A stretch of 64,000 nucleotides of DNA from Nemertoderma westbladi. Taxonomy: Eukaryota; Animalia; Xenacoelomorpha. This document shows, in pieces, positions 1 to 11,418 of the stretch. The position numbers were made by a program, and so were the translations under genes. The notes under the pieces are model-generated. The model was not told the origin of the DNA and did not search any database. It saw nothing but the letters and a program-made list of their open reading frames with translations. Within the stretch, counting starts at the first letter, position 1. The number at the start of each line of letters is the position of its first letter. The stretch lies in NCBI GenBank assembly GCA_032718475.1, contig JAUCBJ010009100.1:97724-161723 (forward strand), given 5' to 3'.

Positions 1-1350
1 TAACTAATAGATTTACTATATCTAACTCATAGATTTACTATATCTAACTCATAGATTTACTATATCTAACTCATAGATTTACTATATCTAACTAATAGAT
101 TTACTATATCTAACTCATAGATTTGCTATATCTAACTCTTAGATTTACTATATGTAACTAATAGATTTACTATATCTAACTCATAGATTTGCTATATCTA
201 ACTCTTAGATTTACTATATCTAACTAATAGATTTACTATATCTAACTCATAGATTTACTATATCTAACTAATAGATTTACTATATCTAACTCATAGATTT
301 GCTATATCTAACTATTAGATTTACTATATCGAACTAATAGATTTACTATATCTAACTCATAGATTTACTATATCTAACTCATAGATTTACTATATCTAAC
401 TCATAGATTTACTATATCTAACTCATAGATTTACTATATCTAACTCTTAGATTTACTATATCTAACTAAAAGATTTACTATATCTAACTCATAGATTTGC
501 TATATCTAACTCTTAGATTTACTATATCTAACTAATAGATTTACTATATCTAACTCATAGATTTACTATATCTAACTCATAGATTTACTATATCTAACTC
601 TTAGATTTACTATATCTAACTCATAGATTTACCATATCTAACTAATAGATTTACTATATCTAACTAATAGATTTACTATATCTAACTAATAGATTTACTA
701 TATCTAACTCATAGATTTACTATATCTAACTCATAGATTTACTATATCTAACTCATAGATTTACTATAACTAACTCTTAGATTTACTATATCTAACTCAT
801 AGATTTACTATATCTAACTCTTAGATTTACTATATCTAACTCTTAGATTTACTATATCTAACTCTTAGATTTACTATATCTAACTAATAGATTTACTATA
901 TCTAACTAACAGATTTACTATATTTAACTCATAGATTTACTATATCTAACTCTTAGATTTACTATATCTAACTCATAGATTTACTATATCTAACTAATAG
1001 ATTTACTATATCTAACTCATAGATTTACTATATCTAACTCATAGATTTACTATATCTAACTCATAGATTTACTATATCTAACTCTTAGATTTACTATATC
1101 TAACTCATAGATTTACTATATCTAACTCTTAGATTTACTATATCTAACTCATAGATTTACCATATCTAACTAATAGATTTACTATATCTAACTAATAGAT
1201 TTACTATATCTAACTCATAGATTTACTATATCTAACTCATAGATTTACTATATCTAACTAATAGATTTACTATATTTAACTCATAGATTTACTATATGTA
1301 ACTAATAGATTTACTATATCTAACTAATAGATTTACTATATCTAACTCAT

Positions 1351-1445
1351 TATTTTATATTATTTAATTCCCTTGTATGGTTTAAATTTCCCGCCCTTTG
1401 CTCATTTGATAATATAAATCGACCTACGGCTGTAAAAAAAAAAAA
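1351..1445 (+). mobile_element. ~95-bp poly(A)-tailed retroposed fragment (5'-truncated SINE/LINE 3' end), copy 1
   Basis: Unique sequence ending in an A12 tract. The satellite resumes ~12-13 bp back in phase (TATCTAACTCAT on both sides), as expected for a TPRT target-site duplication. Confidence 0.7.
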
Positions 1446-3567
1446 TATCTAACTCATAGATTTACTATATCTAACTCTTAGATTTACTATATCTAACTCA
1501 GATTTACTATATCTAACTCTTAGATTTACTATATCTAACTCATAGATTTACTATATCTAACACTTAGATTTACTATATCTAACTCATAGATTTACTATAT
1601 CTAACTCGTAGATTTACTATATCCAACTCTTAGATTTGCTATATCTAACTAATAGATTTACTATATCTAACTAATAGATTTACTAAATCTAACTAATAGA
1701 TTTACTATATCTAACTCATAGATTTACTATATCTAACTCATAGATTTACTATATCTAACTCTTAGATTTACTATATCTAACTCATAGATTTACCATATCT
1801 AACTAATAGATTTACTATATCTAACTAATAGATTTACTATATCTAACTCTTAGATTTACTATATGTAACTAATAGATTTATTATATCTAACTAATAGATT
1901 TACTATATCTAACTCATAGATTTACTATATCTAACTCATAGATTTACTATATCTAACTCTTAGATTTACTATATCTAACTCATAGATTTACCATATCTAA
2001 CTAATAGATTTACTATATCTAACTAATATATTTACTATATCTAACTCTTAGATTTACTATATCTAACTCATAGATTTACTATATCTAACTAATAGATTTA
2101 CTATATCTAACTCATAGATTTACTATATCTAACTCATAGATTTACTATATCTAACTCATAGATTAACTATATCTAACTCTTAGATTTACTATATCTAACT
2201 CATAGATTTACTATATCTAACTCTTAGATTTACTATATCTAACTCATAGATTTACCATATCTAACTAATAGATTTACTATATCTAACTAATAGATTTACT
2301 ATATCTAACTCATAGATTTGCTATATCTAACTCTTAGATTTACTATATCTAACTAATAGATTTACTATATCTAACTCATAGATTTACTATATCTAACTAA
2401 TAGATTTACTATATTTAACTCATAGATTTACTATATGTAACTAATAGATTTACTATATCTAACTAATATATTTACTATATCTAACTCTTAGATTTACTAT
2501 ATCTAACTCATAGATTTACTATATCTAACTAATAGATTTACTATATCTAACTCATAGATTTACTATATCTAACTCATAGATTTACTATATCTAACTCATA
2601 GATTAACTATATCTAACTCTTAGATTTACTATATCTAACTCATAGATTTACTATATCTAACTCTTAGATTTACTATATCTAACTCATAGATTTACCATAT
2701 CTAACTAATAGATTTACTATATCTAACTAATAGATTTACTATATCTAACTCATAGATTTGCTATATCTAACTCTTAGATTTACTATATCTAACTAATAGA
2801 TTTACTATATCTAACTCATAGATTTACTATATCTAACTAATAGATTTACTATATCTAACTCATAGATTTACTATATCTAACTAATAGATTTACTATATCT
2901 AACTAATAGATTTACTATATCTAACTCATAGATTTACTATATCTAACTCATAGATTTACTATATCTAACTCTTAGATTTACTATATCTAACTCATAGATT
3001 TACCATATCTAACTAATAGATTTACTATATCTAACTAATATATTTACTATATCTAACTCTTAGATTTACTATATCTAACTCTTAGATTTACTATATCTAA
3101 CTAATAGATTTACTATATCTAACTCATAGATTTACTATATCTAACTCTTAGATTTACTATATCTAACTAATAGATTTACTATATCTAACTCATAGATTTA
3201 CTATATCTAACTCATAGATTTACTATATCTAACTCATAGATTAACTATATCTAACTCTTAGATTTACTATATCTAACTCATAGATTTACTATATCTAACT
3301 CTTAGATTTACTATATCTAACTCATAGATTTACCATATCTAACTAATAGATTTACTATATCTAACTAATAGATTTACTATATCTAACTCATAGATTTGCT
3401 ATATCTAACTCTTAGATTTACTATATCTAACTAATAGATTTACTATATCTAACTCATAGATTTACTATATCTAACTAATAGATTTACTATATTTAACTCA
3501 TAGATTTACTATATGTAACTAATAGATTTACTATATCTAACTAATAGATTTACTATATCTAACTCAT

Positions 3568-3662
3568 TATTTTATATTATTTAATTCCCTTGTATGGTTT
3601 AAATTTCCCGCCCTTTGCTCATTTGATAATATAAATCGACCTACGGCTGTAAAAAAAAAAAA
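3568..3662 (+). mobile_element. Identical poly(A)-tailed fragment, copy 2, duplicated together with the satellite
   Basis: Same sequence as 1351-1445 with the same flanking monomer variants; offset 2217 bp. Confidence 0.7.
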
Positions 3663-4970
3663 TATCTAACTCATAGATTTACTATATCTAACTCTTAGAT
3701 TTACTATATCTAACTCAGATTTACTATATCTAACTCTTAGATTTACTATATCTAACTCATAGATTTACTATATCTAACACTTAGATTTACTATATCTAAC
3801 TCATAGATTTACTATATCTAACTCGTAGATTTACTATATCCAACTCTTAGATTTGCTATATCTAACTAATAGATTTACTATATCTAACTAATAGATTTAC
3901 TAAATCTAACTAATAGATTTACTATATCTAACTCATAGATTTACTATATCTAACTCATAGATTTACTATATCTAACTCTTAGATTTACTATATCTAACTC
4001 ATAGATTTACCATATCTAACTAATAGATTTACTATATCTAACTAATAGATTTACTATATCTAACTCTTAGATTTACTATATGTAACTAATAGATTTACTA
4101 TATCTAACTAATAGATTTACTATATCTAACTCATAGATTTACTATATCTAACTCATAGATTTACTATATCTAACTCTTAGATTTACTATATCTAACTCAT
4201 AGATTTACCATATCTAACTAATAGATTTACTATATCTAACTAATATATTTACTATATCTAACTCTTAGATTTACTATATCTAACTCATAGATTTACTATA
4301 TCTAACTCTTAGATTTACTATATCTAACTCATAGATTTACCATATCTAACTAATAGATTTACTATATCTAACTAATAGATTTACTATATCTAACTCATAG
4401 ATTTGCTATATCTAACTCTTAGATTTACTATATCTAACTAATAGATTTACTATATCTAACTCATAGATTTACTATATCTAACTCATAGATTTACTATATC
4501 TAACTCTTAGATTTACTATATCTAACTCATAGATTTACCATATCTAACTAATAGATTTACTATATCTAACTAATATATTTACTATATCTAACTCTTAGAT
4601 TTACTATACCTAACTCATAGATTTACTATATCTAACTAATAGATTTACTATATCTAACTCATAGATTTACTATATCTAACTCATAGATTTACTATATCTA
4701 ACTCATAGATTTACTATATCTAACTCTTAGATTTACTATATCTAACTCATAGATTTACTATATCTAACTCTTAGATTTACTATATCTAACTCATAGATTT
4801 ACCATATCTAACTAATAGATTTACTATATCTAACTAATAGATTTACTATATCTAACTCTAACCAAATCTAACTCTAACTCTATATCTAACTCTAACTCTA
4901 ACTTTCAACCAATGTAGTTAAACTACCCAGTGGTGCCGATTTTAGGTACAGAAATCCCCACGATTTAACA

Positions 4971-7473
4971 GTGAACAGTAATGGCAAGCGTTTTTGCCAA
5001 CTACTTACTGATTGTGATCTATTGAACATTAGTTATGGGTGTTTCGGTAATATTATGTTTGGTGGTGCCTTAACATACCATAGGAAAGGAAAACATATTT
5101 CTGAGCTTGACCGTGCTGCGGTCAGCACTAACTTTATTAGTAACATCACTGCTTTTGGTGTAGTTGATCAGAGGTTGCCCTCTGACCATAATGCCATTTA
5201 TTTGAATGTGAAACTTGATAATGTACCTACCGCAGCACATTTACTGGCTCGCTCACTTTGGCTTGGTAGTTATTCTGAATTTTGTGAAAAAGCCCCTAAG
5301 CCTTCATGTAGGAAACCCATAAAACCACGCCAATTGGTACCGACTATATTTCGTTCGTCGCTCAGTGTCATGGAACCAAACATGCAGCACACAATTGCCC
5401 AAGATTTACTATTGCATCTGAAGCCTTTGTAGCTGCAATTTATTCCGCTGCTAGTTCTGCATGTGTTTCCACCAGTAAAGGTATTCCTGTCCATTTCTCA
5501 GGTAATGCTTTCAGTCAACCCAACCAGGTATGGAATGAACTAGCCTATAGCTGCAATGAGCGCACTATTTGGAACCGAATAAACTGGAAGGGTGGTCTCG
5601 AACCTAGTACATCGTCCTCCCACAGCGATAATAAACCGACTGATATAGAATTTGCAGAACATTTTGAAAAACTGTTGTGCACTGACCCGGCATCTACATT
5701 GGATGATCCTGTCCTCACTCATGACTGTCCATTTATCCCATTGCTTGATTCGCCAATAAACATCAATGAAGTTTTAGTCGGAATTAATTCATTGAAGCCT
5801 AACAAAGCTGCAGGGCCGGATGGTGTTTCCCCAGGAATCCTCAAATTCCTACCTTATAGATGGTTATTGTTTCTTCTATCTTTGTTTAATTCAATATTTC
5901 TTGGCTCCACTTTCCCCACATCTTGGTGTCAGTCCCGCCTGGTGGCTGTTTTCAAACGTGGGTCACGTATAATTTGCACTAATTATCGTGGTATTTCCAT
6001 CCTGAATGCGATCGCAAAATTATATGACTGGATTCTCTGTCAGCGCCTTTCTCAATGGTGCGCACCAGATATTGAGCAAGCTGGTGCCCAATAAAACGCC
6101 GATGCGAGGAACATATTTTAACTCTCCACTTATTGATTAACTATGCCACTTTCAAGAGGTGTAAACTGTTCATAATCTTTGTAGATTTTGCCACTGCCTA
6201 TGATCGAGTCTCCCGCCATAAATTATTTCAGTTACTTAAATCCATGGGTTGTGGCGGTGTTATGCTAAGGGCGCTTATGGCATTATATTATAGATCTACA
6301 GTAAGTGTGATAGGATCCTCACTTATACAAAGTATTTGCGGTGTTCTGCAGGGTGCACCTGGTAGTTGTAGATTGTTTGCGTTCTATATAAATCCTCTGA
6401 TCACACGACTGAAGCAATGTACTGATGACGGATTCCTGAAGGCTCTTCATTGTCTTCTTCTAATGGATGATTCGGCCTTGTTAGCAACTTCTCGTGTACG
6501 AGCTTTTGAGAAACTGAATATTCTTCTTAAATTTTGTGAGGACTTTAACATGTCTATAAATCTTTCGAAGACTAAGTTCATGGTCATCAATGGCAGTATA
6601 CACGATAAAGTCGATCTCGTTGTTTCATCCAATATCTCTAACATTATTGTAAAGAATACAAAGTCCTACATATACTTAGGCGCATCAATCAGTGAAGCCG
6701 GGGGTATCAACCAATCTGTTGTACTACATGCAAAGGAAAAAACCAAACATGTATCTAAATACCACGCCTTCCTTAATAAACATTCCATTAGCCCTCTATG
6801 GGTTAAACTTTTAGTTTTTGATGCAGCTGTGACTTCAGCAATCTTTTATAGCTGTGAGACTTGGCTAGGCGCAAACATTACCCCAACTTCCTCGCAATAC
6901 TTCAGTATGCTCAAGTCTGCGATTGGTGTCCGCAGCCAGACCTGTCATGATATATTGTTAATTGAGACAGGTCGCCCTTCACCAAAGACTCTGATTGAAA
7001 CACGGCAACGCAAGTTTCTGAAGGCAATGTTAGCTCACCCCGACCTACACGGCCCATTATTCTTTGCACTAGACCTTGTGAGAGGAACACGAAGTGGGGA
7101 CTTCGCGCAGCACGAAGTTGGCAGAGCCTTAGCGAATTGACACTGTTAGGGGGTAGGTCAATTTATGCAAATAGTCACGTTGGCCCTCTAGCGGCAGACT
7201 GGAGAACTGCAGATGGATTCGCCTCCTTTGAAAGTCACAGCTAATGGTCTAATACATATCTGCCAAGTTTCAGCTTAAACGGATTAAATGCAAAGAAATG
7301 GGAGGGCATTTAATGTTTAGACATGTGGCCCTCTAGCGGGAGACCATTGCACTGATGGTGTCTGAAAGTCTCTCAAAAATCTCAACTTTTGCTCATATTG
7401 ATACCTACAAATTTTCAACTTGGCAGCTTTAAATCCGACAAAGTTATTAGCATGTCAAAATCGTAACGACGAC

Positions 7474-7515
<42 letters not shown>

Positions 7516-8082
7516 AACGACGACGACGACGACGACGACAACTATTTGCATAAATTGACCCACCCCCTAACAGTGTCAATTCGCTAAGGCTCCGCCAACT
7601 TCGTGGCTCGCCCCACAAACAGCGGAATGGGTAAAGCTATTACCATGCAGTTGGACTCATTAGACCGGAATTGTGTTTTGATAGACCGTGAGGCCATCGT
7701 AAATCACATTAATTGTAGTACCACTACCCGCCGCAGCGTGTACCGTTCTTTGAACCCAACACTAACTTCTCACGCATTGTATAATTCTAGAATTTTAGGA
7801 CTTTCGGAGGCTGCGAGACTGTCTTGGTCTAGATTTAGGCTAATGTCTACGCACCTAGCAGTGGAAACTGGTCGTTGGTCGCGTCTGCCAGATGAATTAA
7901 GGATGTGTAAGTGCGGTTCGATACAAACCGAAATACATATTATATGTGAGTGCCAGTTACTAGCCACCCTGCGTGGCACACATAGCAATCTATCGTTTAC
8001 TTCAATAGAGGGTTTCTTCTCGGATAAACATCTGCATGATTGCTGCAACTTCTTGCATGCTGCTCTTATCATTTTAGAGTAG
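4971..8082 (+). pseudogene. Disrupted ORF2 (endonuclease/reverse transcriptase) of LINE 1
   Basis: Fragments 4971-5432, 5675-6094, 6133-7140 and 7603-8082 are separated by frameshifts/stops and by the MITE insertion. Confidence 0.88.
7094..7616. mobile_element. Non-autonomous TIR DNA transposon (MITE) nested in LINE 1
   Basis: ~65-bp TIRs (7111-7175 vs 7541-7605, 2 mismatches), loosely extendable to GTGGGG...CCCCAC with an AA duplication. Removing it restores the LINE frame (GTRNSGM). Exact termini are ambiguous. Internal (ACG)n tract at ~7467-7540. Confidence 0.85.
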
Positions 8083-8085
8083 TCC

Positions 8086-8113
8086 ACCCCCCCCCCCCCC
8101 CCCCCCCCCCCCC
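8086..8113. repeat. Poly(C) tract just after the LINE 1 stop codon
   Basis: Run of ~27 C. Confidence 0.85.
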
Positions 8114-8670
8114 AATAAGCTACAAAGTATGCCATCAAGTTGTTTGTTCTTTTTCTATTTACATTATTTATTTATTTATTCAATTTATTTTACATTACGA
8201 ACATACTTACTATATATATATTTTCTTTATTTTTTTGATACCGCCCTGACTGGCTTCTTTTTGGACAAATTAAGTGTTAATCAATTAGTTATTGGGTATG
8301 ACTGTTGATAACAATTATAATTAATTACATCGCATTTTCTACCGTGTCCGTTTGAATCTGTATTATTGTGTCTTGTCATTGATCCCGCTTGCAATTCATT
8401 AGTTTATCATTATTGTTAATCGATTAATTATTATTACTGAGGAATCATACACATATTGTTCTCGTTCCCTAGTGGTCTGCTGCATGCTATAGTTTGTCAC
8501 ATTGTTCTTGTTATTGTTTTTATGACTGCTTACAAATGTACTGTATTTGTTTGTATCAATGTTGTGTCTTCCTTACATATATTGTTATGTTACCTGTTTG
8601 TATTTTTCTGTTACTTTCTTTCATCAGTCGCTTGTGGAACTTAATTATGTCAATAAACTAATCTAATCTA

Positions 8671-10040
8671 ACTCATATATTTACTATATCTAACTCATAG
8701 ATTTACTATATCTAACTCATAGATTTACTATATCTAACTCATAGATTTACTATATCTAACTAATAGATTTACTATATCTAACTAATAGATTTACTATATC
8801 TAACTCATAGATTTACTATATCTAACTCATAGATTTACTATATCTAACTCTTAGATTTACTATATCTAACTCATAGATTTACTATATCTAACTCATAGAT
8901 TTACTATATCTAACTAATAGATTTACTATATCTAACTCATAGATTTACTATATCTAACTCATAGATTTACTATATCTAACTCTTAGATTTACTATATCTA
9001 ACTCATAGATTTACTATATCTAACTCATAGATTTACTATATCTAACTCATAGATTTACTATATCTAACTAATAGATTTACTATATCTAACTCATAGATTT
9101 ACTATATCTAACTCATAGATTTACTATATCTAACTCTTAGATTTACTATATCTAACTCATAGATTTACTATATCTAACTCATAGATTTACTATATCTAAC
9201 TCTTAGATTTACTATATCTAACTCTTAGATTTACTATATCTAACTCTTAGATTTACTATATCTAACTCATAGATTTACTATATCTAACTCATAGATTTAC
9301 TATATCTAACTAATAGATTTACTATATCTAACTCATAGATTTACTATATCTAACTCATAGATTTACTATATCTAACTCATAGATTTACTATATCTAACTC
9401 ATAGATTTACTATATCTAACTCATAGATTTACTATATCTAACTCTTAGATTTACTATATCTAACTCTTAGATTTACTATATCTAACTCTTAGATTTACTA
9501 TATCTAACTCATAGATTTACTATATCTAACTCATAGATTTACTATATCTAACTAATAGATTTACTATATCTAACTCATAGATTTACTATATCTAACTCAT
9601 AGATTTACTATATCTAACTCATAGATTTACTATATCTAACTCATAGATTTACTATATCTAACTCATAGATTTACTATATCTAACTCATAGATTTACTATA
9701 TCTAACTCATAGATTTACTATATCTAACTAATAGATTTACTATATCTAACTCATAGATTTACTATATCTAACTCATAGATTTACTATATCTAACTCATAG
9801 ATTTACTATATCTAACTCATAGATTTACTATATCTAACTAATAGATTTACTATATCTAACTCATAGATTTACTATATCTAACTCATAGATTTACTATATC
9901 TAACTCATAGATTTACTATATCTAACTCATAGATTTACTATATCTAACTCATAGATTTACTACATCTAACTCATAGATTTACTATATCTAACTAATAGAT
10001 TTACTATATCTAACTCATAGATTTGCTATATCTAACTCTT
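8671..10040. repeat. 22-bp satellite, second block (more homogeneous)
   Basis: Same monomer as 1-4860, ~62 copies. Confidence 0.97.
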
Positions 10041-10090
10041 AAATCATCAAATGTTATCGTCAAAAATAAATCGTCAAATCTCAAATCTTA

Positions 10091-11253
10091 GATCATCGAG
10101 AACCAGCACGGCTTGGCTAAGGGTCGGTCCAGTCGGTAGACTCTGTCGCGTATCCGTACCACCCCTCTCGAACCCCGAAGGGATCGGTCATCGAGAACCA
10201 GTACGGCTTGGCTAGGAGTCTGTCGTGTCGGTGGACCCGTTCACGTGTCTGTTCCACCCCTCACGAACCCCGAAGGGTTCGATCATCGAGAACCAGAACG
10301 GCTTGGCTAGGGGTCCGTCGGTTCATCACAGAAACCCAACCACCTAGGCTTTCCGAGTCCCTTTCAGGCTCGTAGTCACTTCGGCAGCCGAGAAACTGCT
10401 CCGAACAGTCGGTAGGCCAGTAGAGTCTAGTCGAGTCTAGTCCTTTGTCTTTCGACCCCATCGCGTGTCCGTTCCACCCCTCACGAACCCCGAAGGGAAC
10501 GATCATCGAGAACCAGTACGGCTTGGCTAAGGGGTCTGTCGTCGGTTCCCGTCACAGATCCCGGTACAAGCAGTCAGCGTTCCGAGTTCTTTTCAGTCTC
10601 GTAGTAGCTGCCGTTGACCAGAGACCGCTAAGGGCAGTCCTCGTCAAACCCGTCCTGTGGCCAGCCCTTTCGCATGTCCGTCCCACCCCTCGCGAACCCC
10701 GAAGGGATCGGTCATCGAGAACCAGTACGGCTTAGCTCAGGGGGCAGTCGTTAGTTGGCCACCCGTTCGCGTGTCCGCTCCACCCCTCACGAACCCCGAA
10801 GGGTTCGATCATCGAGAACCAGAACGGCTTGGCTACTAAGGGGCCGTCGTTTCCCGTCGCAAATCCCTGACACAAGCAGTCAGCGTTCCGAGTTCTTTTC
10901 AGTCTCGTAATAACTGCTGTTGGCCAGGGACCGCTAAGGGCAGTCCTTGTCCTTTAGGCCTGGCGCATTACCAAATCCACCCCTACAGGCAGCAGGAAGT
11001 TGGCCAGGGCCTAATAGTACTCAGGCTAACCTGAATACTGCTTGCATTTTCCATCCCCCCTGGCCCTTATAACTATGAAATTATTCCCGTACCCTGTAAG
11101 TCGCCCCAAAGTTCGCCCATAAATCGCCCCCAGTTTATTGAGTGTGCCCAAAACCCATGGTCCCGCACCCAGTAGTAATATCGGAATAATCAATTTTAAA
11201 TAAAATACAAAAATATTCAACTCGCGTTATGGAAAGTTGAAATACCGCGAACA
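10091..11253 (-). repeat. 3' LTR (distal end missing) with internal hairpin-repeat array
   Basis: Homologous to ~25370-26639. Six ~70-bp repeat units (the first partial) and three copies of motif B. Confidence 0.9.
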
Positions 11254-11264
11254 GTCCCCCCCAA
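11254..11264 (-). promoter_or_regulatory. Polypurine tract
   Basis: Minus-strand TTGGGGGGGAC directly before the TG start of the 3' LTR. Confidence 0.75.
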
Positions 11265-11418
11265 TGACCTTCGTGAAGTCTGTCGGTCGATTGAGTTTGC
11301 GTAGGTCATTCCCAATATAAAAAACCCAAATTTAATATTGCATAGTTTTTAATTAATTTGGCCTAGAGTTTGTATAAAAATAAATGTTCGATAAATGTTC
11401 CTGGAATATCCCGATCCA

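Larger units (their letters stand above)
1..4860. repeat. 22-bp AT-rich satellite, consensus TAACTCATAGATTTACTATATC (cat/aat/ctt variants); runs off the left edge
   Basis: Direct 22-bp periodicity. The monomer contains a TAGAT...ATCTA inverted repeat. A higher-order duplication of 2217 bp is marked by the repeated insertion. Confidence 0.97.
4905..8670 (+). mobile_element. 5'-truncated, decayed non-LTR retrotransposon (APE endonuclease-RT-CCHC; RTEX/CR1-group-like)
   Basis: Endonuclease motifs NSNG and LPSDH. RT motifs KAAGPDG, NYRGIS, FVDFATAYDRV, GVLQG, LLLMDD, YLG. C-terminal LAVETGRW...CKC...EIHIICEC. 3' end is AATAAA plus a (CTAAT) tail at 8652-8670. Confidence 0.9.

Noticed and set aside
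4855-4902. Telomeric repeat (TCTAAC)n
   Set aside because: Only a few imperfect units, derivable from the satellite monomer; not TTAGG or TTAGGG.
10351-10374. Hammerhead ribozyme in motif B (CUGA...GAAA)
   Set aside because: Reads CUGAAAG/CUGAAAA rather than CUGANGA, and stems II/III cannot be formed.
10091-10960. CRISPR or TIGR array interpretation of the LTR repeat-spacer pattern
   Set aside because: Eukaryotic LTR context, ~70-bp degenerate repeats, spacers homologous to each other, and no cas or Nop-domain gene.
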